Shown: positions 41,733 to 52,302, counted from the stretch's first letter. The stretch: 64,000 nucleotides of DNA from an uncultured Verrucomicrobiae bacterium (GCA_963756875.1 CAVWPA010000003.1:1472001-1536000), one strand, 5' to 3'. Notes: generated by a model not told the origin, from the letters alone. Made by a program: numbers and translations.

Positions 41733-44078
41733 GTGACGCCGACCCATATCGCTGTTGAACCCACGCCGGGAGTTGCACAACACACCAACCGGCTGGCGCA
41801 TGAAAAATCGCCTTACCTTCTCCAGCACGCGCACAACCCGGTCGATTGGTATCCGTGGGGCGAAGAAGCATTCGCCAAGGCACGCCGCGAAAACAAACCG
41901 ATTTTTCTCTCGATCGGTTACTCGACCTGTCACTGGTGTCATGTCATGGAGCACGAGTCGTTCGAGAACAAAGAGACGGCCGCGATCATGAATCACGATT
42001 TCGTGAACATCAAAGTCGATCGCGAAGAACGGCCCGATGTCGATCGTGTTTACATGACCTTCGTCCAGGCGACCACCGGCGGCGGGGGCTGGCCGATGAG
42101 CGTTTGGTTGACTCCGGATCTCAAACCGTTTGTCGGCGGCACTTATTTTCCTCCGGAAGACCGTTACGGTCAGCCGGCTTTCAGGAAGGTTCTGGAACGA
42201 ATCGCCGCGGCGTGGAAGCAGGACCACGAAAACATTATCGACCAAAGTTCCAAGATCCTTTCGGCACTGCGCGAATCACAGACCTCACAAACCGCCGCCG
42301 GCGGGGAGATCGATGCCCGCGTTTTGCAAGGCGCTTATGAGCAGTTTAACCATTCGTTCGATCCAAAAGAAGGCGGCTTTGGTACCGCGCCAAAGTTCCC
42401 GAGACCTGTCGCGCTCAACTTTCTGACACGATTCTACGCGCGTACTCGTATTGTAGGGCAAGCGCACCGCTTGCCGGACCAGGGTGACCCGGGCTCAGCA
42501 GGCCAGAGCAACCACGCGCTGGAGATGGATCTGTTCACGCTGCGCAAAATGGCCACGGGCGGAATTCACGATCATATCGGCGGCGGATTTCACCGTTACT
42601 CCGTCGATCGTTACTGGCACGTGCCGCATTTCGAAAAGATGCTTTACGATCAGGCGCAGCTCGCAGTCGCGTACCTCGACGCGTTTCAGATCGCACAAGA
42701 TCGACAATACGCGGATGTTGCCCGTGACATTCTCGATTACGTCTCGCGCGATATGACCGCGAAAGACGGCGGATTCTTCTCTGCCGAAGACGCAGATAGC
42801 GTTGTACCTGTAGCGGCCCCGAAAGCGTTCGGGGTCGCATCAGACCCCAAAGTCAGCGACGCTCATCCGCCTTCGCCTGGCTACGGCGCGACTGGTAGAG
42901 CGCCGCTACAGAAGAAGGCCGAAGGCGCCTTCTACGTCTGGACCGAAAAGGAAATCGACAACGCCCTGGGCGCCGACGCTGAGATCTTCAAGTTTCACTA
43001 CGGCGTGCAACCAAACGGCAACGCGCCGGAAGGCAGCGATCCGCAGGATGAATTTCGCGGCAAGAATATCCTGATCGAGCGGCATACGATCGCCGAGACG
43101 GCCGGACATTTTAAAAAGAGCGAAGATGAAGTTCGACAACTGCTCGCGCGCAGCGGCGAAAAGTTATTGGAGATTCGCAACAAGCGTCCGCGCCCCCATC
43201 TCGACGACAAAATCATCGCAGCCTGGAACGGCTTGATGATTTCGGCTTATGCCCGGGCGGCACAAGTTTTGGGCAATGACAGTGGCGCGGGCTTCCAGGC
43301 CGTAAATTCAGGATCTGATACGCGCTACCTGGATAGCGCGACGCGCGCAGCCCGATTTCTTCGGGCAAATCTGTATGATGAGAAAAACAAAGTTCTTTAT
43401 CGCAGTTATCGCGATGGGCGCGGCGACGTCCAAGGTTTCGCCGACGACTACGCGTTCGTCATCCAGGGGCTTCTCGATCTTTACGAAGCTTCCTTCGATG
43501 TGGAATGGCTGAAATTTGCAGTGGAGCTTCAGGAAACGCAGGACCGTTTGTTTTTCGACGAAAAAAACGGCGGTTATTTCACTACGAGCGGAAAAGATTC
43601 GAGCGTCCTGTTACGGATGAAAGACGACAACGACAGCGCCGAGCCGGCCGCAAGCTCGGTCGCCGCGCTGAATCTTTTGCGATTGGCGCAGATTCGTAAC
43701 GATAAGGAAATGGAAGATCGCGCGAAGAAAACGATCGACGCATTCAGCGCAACGTTTTCACATTTCGCGAGCGCCATGCCGCAAATGCTGGTTGCCTTGG
43801 ATTATTAGTTAAGCAAACCGCGCCAGATCGTGATTGCGGGAAAACCTGACGCGCCAGAAACGAAGGCCCTCGTCGCCGGGGTCTACCGGCATTTTCTTCC
43901 GAACACAATTTTACTGTTGGCCGATGGCGGCGCCGGTCAAAAATATCTCGGCGAAAAGAACGAAGCGATCCGCGCGATGTCGCCGATCGACGGCAAACCC
44001 GCCGCTTATGTCTGTGAAAATTTCACCTGCAAAGCCCCGGTGACAGACCCGAAAGCGCTCGCGGCATTGCTGCCATAA
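41733..44078 (+). CDS. YyaL/SPATA20-like thioredoxin-domain protein; in-frame TAG at 43806-43808
   Basis: [28 protein letters not shown] and [10 protein letters not shown] motifs; AYVCENFTC continues in the same frame after the TAG. Confidence 0.88.
42808..42911. repeat. Nested REPIN inserted in frame in the YyaL-like gene
   Basis: CTGTAGCGGC...GCCGCTACAG containing two other repeat types. Confidence 0.8.
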
Positions 44079-44079
44079 G

Positions 44080-44460
44080 GTGGATCGTGCGCTCTCTCTG
44101 CGCCGTCGGCTCTACGCAGCCAGAGGCCGGCGCCCGGTGCTAAAACAAAGAGCGGGAAACCGGCGGCTTCCCCTACAGGAAGGAAGACGGCAAGCGATGC
44201 GCTCGCCCTACAGCGGTAGACCTGTCGGAGAAAACCTTAGTTGTCTTCGTTATCTTGTGTTCGAATTGCTTCTCTTTCGCGCCCATTGGCGCCTGCCGCG
44301 CCGTAGCCAAGCAGGGGCGAGTGTTTAGCGGATAAATTGTCTTCGGCTCGACGGAGTCTCGCCCCACCAGCCGAGACGGGCTAAGCCCCTTCGACGACGA
44401 TCATGTTCGTTTTGGCGGCCCACCTACGCCAAGGCTACGGCGGGCAAGTAGCGGCGGTGC
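44080..44460. repeat. Intergenic pile-up of REP-like repeats
   Basis: ...CCCTACAG ends at about 44178 and 44212; TTCGRCGGCTCGAC/TTCGGCTCGACRGAGTCTCGCCCCACCAG at 44342-44370 matches 41666-41691; GGCTACGGCG repeats at 44292 and 44423. Confidence 0.7.
44381..44420 (-). pseudogene. 3' remnant of a third DUF1330 copy
   Basis: Translates AAKTNMIVVEGA*, matching the C-termini of the two adjacent genes. Confidence 0.6.
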
Positions 44461-44481
44461 CATCAGCCGTCTGCGCTGTCA

Positions 44482-44769
44482 TTACACGCCATCAACAACA
44501 ATCATCCGCGTTTTGGCAGCCTGATGGCGCATTTTGCGCGGCTCGCGATATTCTTCGCTGTTGAGCCATTCCTTGGCGCGTTGCATTGACTCGAACTGAA
44601 GCACCACGATCCGCTTCGGCTTCCAATCGCCTTCCATTACTTCCGTTTTACCGCCGCGCACAACGTATTTGCCGCCGTACTTCTCAACGGTCGCCCCGGC
44701 GAGCTTTTTGTACTCTTCGTATCCGACAGGGTCTGTGATTTCAATTTCGACGATGAGGTATGCGGCCAT
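44482..44769 (-). CDS. DUF1330 domain protein
   Basis: EKYGGKYVVRGG, EGDWKP and F-S-AKEW motifs. Confidence 0.9.
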   Translation of the reverse strand: MAAYLIVEIEITDPVGYEEYKKLAGATVEKYGGKYVVRGGKTEVMEGDWKPKRIVVLQFESMQRAKEWLNSEEYREPRKMRHQAAKTRMIVVDGV

Positions 44770-44835
44770 CGTCGAAAGTAAAAAGCAGAAATTGGAAACT
44801 AGAAAGGGAAAACTCAGCGACTGGCGGAGACGTGG

Positions 44836-45123
44836 CTACAACCCCTCGACGAGGATCATATTTGTTTTGGCGGCACACTGGCGCATTTTGCGCGGCTCGC
44901 GGTATTCATCGCAATTGAGCCATTCTTCGGCGCGCTTCATCGATGGGAATTCGATTACGACAATGCGTCTCGGGTTCCAATCGCCCTCCAGTATTTTGAG
45001 CGCGCCAGCGGCCACGATGTATTTGCCGCCGTATTTCTCGATAATTGGAACAACGCGCTTCTTGTATTCCTCGAAACCGGCGGGATCGGTGATTTCGATA
45101 TCGACGATCAAATACGCAGGCAT
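44836..45123 (-). CDS. DUF1330 domain protein (tandem paralog)
   Basis: Same motifs as the neighbouring gene. Confidence 0.9.
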   Translation of the reverse strand: MPAYLIVDIEITDPAGFEEYKKRVVPIIEKYGGKYIVAAGALKILEGDWNPRRIVVIEFPSMKRAEEWLNCDEYREPRKMRQCAAKTNMILVEGL

Positions 45124-45237
45124 TTTTAGAGTGCGGATTGGGGAGTGCGGATTGCGGATTGAAGAGCTAAATCGCTAAATAGTTAAATCGTTAGACGGTG
45201 GTTGTGGTCAGTAGTCCCGTGGTCAGTGGTCTTGTCG

Positions 45238-45966
45238 TCAGTGGTCGTTGTGGCCGCTGTCTTTGGCGGCGAGCTCGGGGATTTTTTTGCGGCGCCGGAG
45301 ACGGAGCCAGTTGTTCCAGGTTTTGCGCAGGCTGTCGCGTGGAGTGAGATACTTCTGGTTCAATTCGTTGCTCTTTAGAATCTGGGCGAGGACGCCTTTC
45401 ACCGACAGATCGTCCGTATTCAAGATTGTATAGGCGGTGCCGACGGCGGCGGCATGGTGTGCGTCGCTACCGGCGACCATGGGCAGGCCGCGAATCTGGG
45501 CATATTTGAACGCGTACCGGTTGTAACGCCGCAAAGTGGTCGCGGCATTGAACACTTCGATGGCATCGACCGGTAGCGTTTCCAGCACAGCAAACCGGAT
45601 TCCCGCCCGGAACAAATCATAGGGATGCGGTGGAATGGCGAGCCCGCCGCGCTCATGAATCATGTCGCACACTTCACGGGCCGGTTTCCCTTTCAAATAT
45701 GGAAGCTCCGCGCCGATGCAAAGCAGATGGCCATCGGCGGTGGTGACCTCGACACCTGGCACGACCAAAAAATCATCAACCGGCTGCCCGTCGGGACGCA
45801 TCAGGCCTTTCTCGAGCAAATAGGTCACCGCGTCGCAAGTGTTATGGTCGGTGATGGCGATGCCATTCAGTCCTTTGGCACGCGCGGCCGCGATCAACTC
45901 TTCCGGGCTCGATACGCCATCCCCGGAAAAAAAGGTATGCGTGTGCAGATCGAAGTTGAGCGGCAT
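45238..45966 (-). CDS. PHP-domain metal-dependent phosphoesterase
   Basis: DLHTHT, AITDHN, GVEVTT and GSDAH motifs. Confidence 0.9.
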   Translation of the reverse strand: MPLNFDLHTHTFFSGDGVSSPEELIAAARAKGLNGIAITDHNTCDAVTYLLEKGLMRPDGQPVDDFLVVPGVEVTTADGHLLCIGAELPYLKGKPAREVCDMIHERGGLAIPPHPYDLFRAGIRFAVLETLPVDAIEVFNAATTLRRYNRYAFKYAQIRGLPMVAGSDAHHAAAVGTAYTILNTDDLSVKGVLAQILKSNELNQKYLTPRDSLRKTWNNWLRLRRRKKIPELAAKDSGHNDH

Positions 45967-45996
45967 CCTGAGTAGAACGTAAGTTGAAGCCAGCAA

Positions 45997-46584
45997 ATGG
46001 AAAGGGTCGGTTTCAAAGAGTGGGCGATTGTCTGCGAAGCGCTGGGGCGCGGGCGGCAAAGCATCATTCTGCGCAAGGGAGGCATCGCCGAAGGACGAGA
46101 GGGATTTAGCTTTCGTTACCACGAATTTTTTCTGTTCCCCACCTGGTTTCACGAGCAACCGCAAAAGGTGCGCGGTGCGGAAATCATCGGCGAGACGCCG
46201 ATGCCACAGGAGAAGATCGAAATCAGGTTCGCGGCGAAACTCGATCTTTGCCGCACGATCACTTCCTGGCCAATCGCGCAAGCGCTGGAGCCTGTGCATA
46301 TTTTAAAACCCGAAGTGGTCCGTGAGCGGTTCGAATACGATCAGGCGCCGGGTTTGCACGTCGCGTTGGTCCGAATTTCCCGGGTTGTCCCGGCGTGGAC
46401 GTTTCCTAACGAGAAGAGATACGGCGGCTGCCGGTCCTGGGTGAATTTGCCGAATATGCCGGCGGGTTTGCGCTTTGAGCCGGTGTTGAGTGACGAAGAG
46501 CATGTAAAACGCTGCGACGCGTTCCTGAAGATCGTGGGAGACGAACCGGCGGCGATTGCGTGTCCTGCCGCGCCGAAATTGTAG
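45997..46584 (+). CDS. DUF1802 family protein
   Basis: FKEWA, LRKGGIAE, FFLFPT and YGGCRSWV motifs. Confidence 0.85.
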   Translation: MERVGFKEWAIVCEALGRGRQSIILRKGGIAEGREGFSFRYHEFFLFPTWFHEQPQKVRGAEIIGETPMPQEKIEIRFAAKLDLCRTITSWPIAQALEPVHILKPEVVRERFEYDQAPGLHVALVRISRVVPAWTFPNEKRYGGCRSWVNLPNMPAGLRFEPVLSDEEHVKRCDAFLKIVGDEPAAIACPAAPKL

Positions 46585-46814
46585 GGCGTTTGATTCGCTT
46601 TTTCCCAAAAAGCTCGCCCTGTCGGGCCTTCCCGTCTATGTCGCTCGCGTCCCTGCGGCTCCATTCTGCGAAACGCCGATTCTGCATCAGATGGCGTCTG
46701 ACACAGACGCCCTACAGGTGGAAACGCATCGTGCGCGAGCCAATGTAACGATGTAACCCCGAATGCGTTCGGGCTGTCCGATGGCGAGCCCCTTTTAACG
46801 AGTCACGTCCGACA

Positions 46815-48701
46815 TCAAACCAGCTCTTCTTCGAGAATATCCGGCTCGGCTGCTGTCTCCGATGACGGCTCAAGCGCGCGATTGAATTGCAGATCGTAAA
46901 GGCGCCGGTAATGACCCGATTTCTCGAGCAACTCGGCGTGCGTGCCGACCTCTTTGATTTGGCCCTGGTCCATGACTACGATCTGGTCAGCTGACAAAAC
47001 CGTTGAAAGCCGGTGGGCAATGGCGATGACTGTTCGCCCGGCCGCCAGTTTTTCGAGCGCCATTTGAATTTGTTTCTCCGATTCGGAATCGAGCGAGGAG
47101 GTCGCCTCGTCCAGCAGCAGGATAGGCGCGTTCCTCAGGAGTGCGCGTGCGATTGCGAGTCGCTGCTGCTGGCCGCCGGAGAGCAAACAGCCCTTGTCGC
47201 CGATTACGGTTTTGTAGCCGAGGGGCTGCGCCATGATGAAGTCGTGCGCGTAGGCGGTTTTCGCCGCGGCGTAAACCTCCTCCGGCGACGCATCCGGCCG
47301 GCCAAACTGGATGTTCCTGAAAATTGTGTCGTGAAATAGAAATGTTTCCTGGGTAACCAGACCGATCTGCGCGCGCAACGATTCCTGGGTGACCTTGCGC
47401 AAATCCTGGCCATCGATTTTCACCGCGCCCGCCGTCGGATCGTACAGTCGCAGGATCAGCGACAGGATGGTGCTTTTGCCTGCGCCGCTCGGTCCGACCA
47501 GTGCGTAGTTTTTTCCGGGTTCGATGCGCAGGTTTAAATCGCGCACGGCATCGGCGACGGCCCTGGAGTACCGGAACGTCACGTTCTCGAAATCGAGCCG
47601 GCCCTCGGATGAAGGAAGCGCAGTCGCGTCGGGCGCGTCCTGGACGCTCGGAACTGAATCGAGAATCGAGAAAATTTCAGTAGTGGCCGCCAAAGAACGC
47701 TGCATCAACACATGGATCTTGCTGAGTTTCTTGATCGGATCGTAAAGAATAAAGAACCCCACGATCAGGCCGAGAAACTTGGCCGCGCTCTGGTTGGCAA
47801 AGTAAACGTACAACAGCGTTAGTCCGACACCAAGAGAGGCAATGATCTCTACCAGCGGTCCAGTGGCTTCCGTTGCCTTGGTGGTGCGCATTGCGTTAGA
47901 GAACTGCAAATGGCTCCCGCGCTCGAACGATTTCTCCTGATGTTTCTCGCGGCCGAAAGATTTGATCACCCGGATGCCTGCGAACGTTTCCTGCATGGTG
48001 GCGGACATTTGTCCCATGGCCCTCTGGCCTTGTCGCACAGAGGTGCGCGCACGTCTTCCATAGAATTGGATCGGGATCAGGCAAATCGGGAAGAGCACCA
48101 GCGTTACGAGTGTGAATCTCCAGTCCATCAAGAAAAGGACCGCGATTGCGCCGACGGCCGTGACCGGCTGTTTGAACAGGTCGCTGCTCACCGTGGTCAG
48201 CGCGCCCTGCACACTTCGCGTGTCGTTGCTAACGCGCGACATCAGAAATCCGGAACGCATCCGGTTAAAGAAATCCATCGATTGGCGGACGATCTTCCTG
48301 AACAGCTGGTTACGAATGTCCATCACCACGCGGTTGCTCACCCACGTCATGAAGTACGTGTTGGCGTAATCGCAGAAGCCTCGCGCAATCATTACCACGG
48401 GGATGGCGAGGCAGATCACCGCGATCGAATTAATCTTCGGCCCAAGAGTCAGCAGTTCCCGGTGTGCAACGAGCGCCCGCGGATTCGGCGCCGCGCCATG
48501 AAAGATAACGCTCGAGACTTTTGCTACCACCAGCGGGATCAGAGAGCTGACGCCGCCGAACGCAATACCGAAGCCCAAGCCGAGAGCAAAGCGCCACCGG
48601 TACGGTTTGACGTAGCTGTAAATCCGCTTGTACGGACCCCAGACGCTCCGTATGGTTTCAAGAAATGAAGGCTTCGCCTTCTCGGCTTCTGTTTCGCTCA
48701 T
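46815..48701 (-). CDS. msbA: MsbA-like ABC exporter (TM + ATPase)
   Basis: GPSGAGKST, LSGGQQQRL and LDEATSSLD motifs; next to LPS glycosyltransferases. Confidence 0.8.
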   Translation of the reverse strand: MSETEAEKAKPSFLETIRSVWGPYKRIYSYVKPYRWRFALGLGFGIAFGGVSSLIPLVVAKVSSVIFHGAAPNPRALVAHRELLTLGPKINSIAVICLAIPVVMIARGFCDYANTYFMTWVSNRVVMDIRNQLFRKIVRQSMDFFNRMRSGFLMSRVSNDTRSVQGALTTVSSDLFKQPVTAVGAIAVLFLMDWRFTLVTLVLFPICLIPIQFYGRRARTSVRQGQRAMGQMSATMQETFAGIRVIKSFGREKHQEKSFERGSHLQFSNAMRTTKATEATGPLVEIIASLGVGLTLLYVYFANQSAAKFLGLIVGFFILYDPIKKLSKIHVLMQRSLAATTEIFSILDSVPSVQDAPDATALPSSEGRLDFENVTFRYSRAVADAVRDLNLRIEPGKNYALVGPSGAGKSTILSLILRLYDPTAGAVKIDGQDLRKVTQESLRAQIGLVTQETFLFHDTIFRNIQFGRPDASPEEVYAAAKTAYAHDFIMAQPLGYKTVIGDKGCLLSGGQQQRLAIARALLRNAPILLLDEATSSLDSESEKQIQMALEKLAAGRTVIAIAHRLSTVLSADQIVVMDQGQIKEVGTHAELLEKSGHYRRLYDLQFNRALEPSSETAAEPDILEEELV

Positions 48702-49717
48702 GAGCCTTGTGCTACCGGGAACGACAGCAGCCCATTCATAGCATCGATCACCGCCTGCGTCGAGATCTGCTTCATCGGTATCCGTGGCTGTTTTGGAATA
48801 AACTCCGTGACCGGCGATGTAGATGCCCCTTGTAAAATCAACGCCGGACTCTCCCGTGGCCGCCAATGAAACGGGTTGGTTGGCCCGAACAGAATTACCT
48901 GAGGCGTCCGAGTAGCCGCCGCAAGGTGCACTGGCGCGGAATCGACCGTCACCAATAATCGCGCCTCGCCGATCAACGCCGCCAGGGTCAGCAAGTCGGT
49001 CTTGCCGGAAAGATCGACAACCGGTTGCCGCACCTTGGATTTGATCTCGGCAAGGTGCGCCTGCTCGAACCGACCGGTCCCGCCGGTCAGAATCACGTCG
49101 AGTCCCTGATTCTTTTGTGTGTGTTCGATCGCTTCCGCCCAACGCTGCGGTTCCCAGAATTTCTCCGTGCGCGCGGAGCCCGGATGAAAAACGGCAAATG
49201 AATCGCCGATGCGGCGTTCCTTGCGCAATGCATTTGCCTTCTGGCGCGCGTCCGCGGGCACGTTCAACCGGATCGCGCGCGAGGCGTCGTGAATGTCGAG
49301 CGGCTGAAGCAACGCCAGATTATAATCGACCGTGTGCATGTCGCGCAGCCGAGCGACAACGAATTCGTTGTAGAACAAGCGCCGAATCTTTGACAGCGAC
49401 TTGATCCGCCGCGCGACAATTCGCCTTGGTGCGCGCGACAAAAGCGTGAGAAATGCCGAGCGATCGTTCCTGGTGAAATCGATGCAGTAATCGAACTTTG
49501 CTCGCGCGACGGCGAGGCAGGCCGCAAAATCAAGGAGACCGCGTTGCATCACGATCGCGCGGTTCACATCGGTTAGGGCCGGAAGCAACTCCGCTGGCCC
49601 GCGAGCAACGACGAGAGTGAGGTTCGCGTCGGGAAATTTTGACCGCAACGCCGCGATTGCCGGCGTGGTCAGCATCAGGTCGCCAATGCGTTTAAGTTGG
49701 AGAAGAAGAATGTTCAC
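48698..49717 (-). CDS. GT9 LPS heptosyltransferase
   Basis: QLKRIGDLML, DSAPVHLAAA and LFGPT motifs; GTG start at 49717. Confidence 0.9.
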   Translation of the reverse strand: MNILLLQLKRIGDLMLTTPAIAALRSKFPDANLTLVVARGPAELLPALTDVNRAIVMQRGLLDFAACLAVARAKFDYCIDFTRNDRSAFLTLLSRAPRRIVARRIKSLSKIRRLFYNEFVVARLRDMHTVDYNLALLQPLDIHDASRAIRLNVPADARQKANALRKERRIGDSFAVFHPGSARTEKFWEPQRWAEAIEHTQKNQGLDVILTGGTGRFEQAHLAEIKSKVRQPVVDLSGKTDLLTLAALIGEARLLVTVDSAPVHLAAATRTPQVILFGPTNPFHWRPRESPALILQGASTSPVTEFIPKQPRIPMKQISTQAVIDAMNGLLSFPVAQGS

Positions 49718-49758
49718 CTGTAGCGGCCGCGAAAGCGTTCGGGGTCGTATTGATTCAA

Positions 49759-51033
49759 TCATCGCGCCATTTGCATCGCGATCTCGTAAGCTTGGAGCAA
49801 GCGCGCACGGCAATGGTCCCATGTAAAGTTCTCGACGACGCGTTTGCGTGCCGCCGCGGCCATTTGATCGACCACTTCAGGGTGTTTGTAGAGGCGCAAA
49901 ATCCCAGCCATTACCGCCTCCACGTCTCCCGGCGGTACAATAATTCCTTCGACGCCGTCATTGACCACATCGCCGGATTCGCGCGTTGTGATGATCGGCA
50001 AACCACACGCGGCGGCTTCGTTAACGGTCTTGGCATTCCCTTCCAACCGCGACGGAAAAACGTAAATCGTCCCCTGGTTGAGATATTTTTCAATGTCCCG
50101 CCTGAATCCGAACAGCTTAATATTTTCACGCCAGAATTTCTTGAGATGCGGCTTCGCCTCGTCGTGCACCGTGCCGATCAACCAGAGTTCCGCGTCTTTT
50201 AGATCGAGCCGGTGCCAGGCCTCGAGCACAACATGAATCCCTTTGCGCTCGATCAACGCGCCCGAGAAGATGGCGCGAAAAATCGACGGGCGCACGCCCG
50301 GCTTGAACCGGCTTACATCCACTCCGTTTGGGAGATAGAAAAGCTTTTGCTCCGCGAACCCTTGAGACCGAAACGATTCGGCCGCCTTATGTGAAAAAAC
50401 GAGCAGCAAATCCGCGAGTTCGTATTCCTCAAGGTACCGCGCTTTTTCGGGCAACAGACTGGACTTCCATTTTGCAAACCAGGACGAGCTGGCGGCTGCG
50501 GCCGGCTTGGTCGATTGCGCGCCTTTTCGCGTTCCACCCTCCCGGTGCCAGGTTGGGATCTCAAGAAGGGAAGGGATCTTCAGTTTTTTCGTTACGCGCA
50601 ATGACAACAGCGAATCGCCGGACCAGCCGTGAAACAGATCGTATCGGCCGGTCGCCAGCTGTCGCGATGCAACCCAATCGACATACTTCTTTTTCGCCCC
50701 GTAATAGTAAGGGCGATCGAGAAATGAAATCAGGCGGACCGGGTGCCAGCGTAACGATTGAACCAACGAGGCCGGAATCTCCGACTGTTGATCAGCGTAA
50801 CCAATCACCCTGCCTAAAAATCCGCCCCGATACGCAGCCAGACATTTCTCGAGCGCCTCGACGTCCAGCCCGGTCCCGCCGATGCGCGCTGACGTCGAGT
50901 AAAGCAGGCTTTTAGGAAGCCGGCGCGGGGCTGCGGCGGATTGCATGGACGCTGGGCTTGTCGCCGCAACCGGGCCCACCTGCTGCGCCGCAGCGCCCGG
51001 AGCCCCAGGCGAAGATTGGGAGAGATCTCTCAT
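49759..51033 (-). CDS. GT4 glycosyltransferase
   Basis: RKG, VFPSRLEG and EAAACGLP motifs. Confidence 0.88.
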   Translation of the reverse strand: MRDLSQSSPGAPGAAAQQVGPVAATSPASMQSAAAPRRLPKSLLYSTSARIGGTGLDVEALEKCLAAYRGGFLGRVIGYADQQSEIPASLVQSLRWHPVRLISFLDRPYYYGAKKKYVDWVASRQLATGRYDLFHGWSGDSLLSLRVTKKLKIPSLLEIPTWHREGGTRKGAQSTKPAAAASSSWFAKWKSSLLPEKARYLEEYELADLLLVFSHKAAESFRSQGFAEQKLFYLPNGVDVSRFKPGVRPSIFRAIFSGALIERKGIHVVLEAWHRLDLKDAELWLIGTVHDEAKPHLKKFWRENIKLFGFRRDIEKYLNQGTIYVFPSRLEGNAKTVNEAAACGLPIITTRESGDVVNDGVEGIIVPPGDVEAVMAGILRLYKHPEVVDQMAAAARKRVVENFTWDHCRARLLQAYEIAMQMAR

Positions 51034-51096
51034 TAATTATAAACAGCAAGAGATTCCTCGACTTCGCCCGGAATGACAAGTTTGGTACCGTCTTCG

Positions 51097-52209
51097 ATGC
51101 CCAAGGAGAAACTCATCGTCGGCCTGGCCCGGCGCGGCTATTCGCCCAGCGGCGGCGCGGAAGCGTATTTGAAGCGGCTTGGACGCGGGCTTGCCGATCT
51201 GGGCCACGAAGCGCGGCTTTTCACGACGAACGATTGGCCGTCGGAAGAATGGCCATTCGGCGAAGTCACGCGATTGAGCGCGCGATCTGCGGCCGGCTTT
51301 GCCGACGAAATGGAGAAACGGCGAGGGCAGGGCCGTTGCGACGTGTTGATGAGTCTGGAGCGCATTTGGCGATGCGATGTTTACCGGGCCGGCGACGGTG
51401 TTCATCGTGCATGGCTGGATCGGCGCCGGAAATTTGAAACGCCGGCGCAACGGTTCGCTCACGGGTTCAATCGCAAACACAAAGAACTCCTGCGGTTGGA
51501 GCAATACCTGCTCGGCGAGCGCGGCGCTGAACGCGTGATTGCCAATTCGAAGATGGTGAAGGACGAAATTTTCGATCTCTACAATTATCTGCCGGACAGG
51601 ATCGACATCGTGCGAAACGGGATCCCGCTCGACCGTTTTCGCTTTGATTCGGCTCTGCGCGAAAAATCACGCGCCGATTTGGGACTTCAGAGCAATGAAA
51701 TCGTGGCGCTCTTTGCTGGATCGGGCTGGGAGCGCAAGGGACTTCGTTACGCCATCAAAGCGATCGAAGCGTGCGCCAGACCCGGGATGCGATTGCTCGT
51801 TGCCGGCCGTGGCCCGGCGCGCCAGTTCAAATCCGCGCGCACTCGTTTTCTCGGCGAGGTTGTCGATCTTTTGCCGATCTACGCGGCGGCGGATATTTTT
51901 ATTTTGCCGAGCATATACGATCCGTTTTCTAACGCTTGCCTGGAAGCGCTCGCTTGCGGACTGCCCGTGGTCACGACGCGCGCCAACGGTTTCAGCGAGA
52001 TTATCGAGGACCGGATTCACGGCTCGATTGTTGATACAGCCGATAATGTCACGGAGTTACGCAATGGTTTGGAACTTTGGTCCGACCCCGTCCGGCGAAC
52101 AGCAGCAAGGCCAACGATTTTGAAGCGCGCGTCGGAATTCGACATCTCAAAGAACGTCGAGAAAACGCTCGGGATCCTTCTTGAAGTGGCCGCCAGTCAT
52201 CCATCGTAA
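51097..52209 (+). CDS. GT4 glycosyltransferase (WaaG-like)
   Basis: GGAE, YRAGDGVH and PSIYDPFSNACLEA motifs. Confidence 0.88.
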   Translation: MPKEKLIVGLARRGYSPSGGAEAYLKRLGRGLADLGHEARLFTTNDWPSEEWPFGEVTRLSARSAAGFADEMEKRRGQGRCDVLMSLERIWRCDVYRAGDGVHRAWLDRRRKFETPAQRFAHGFNRKHKELLRLEQYLLGERGAERVIANSKMVKDEIFDLYNYLPDRIDIVRNGIPLDRFRFDSALREKSRADLGLQSNEIVALFAGSGWERKGLRYAIKAIEACARPGMRLLVAGRGPARQFKSARTRFLGEVVDLLPIYAAADIFILPSIYDPFSNACLEALACGLPVVTTRANGFSEIIEDRIHGSIVDTADNVTELRNGLELWSDPVRRTAARPTILKRASEFDISKNVEKTLGILLEVAASHPS

Positions 52210-52302
52210 GCCGCTTACGATAGATCGCTGCTGCGAACGCATGCGCGCGTGGCTATGTGCTTTCCTAAATGGCGCGTGGGAGCGCCGTCGCCGTCCTTCG
52301 GA

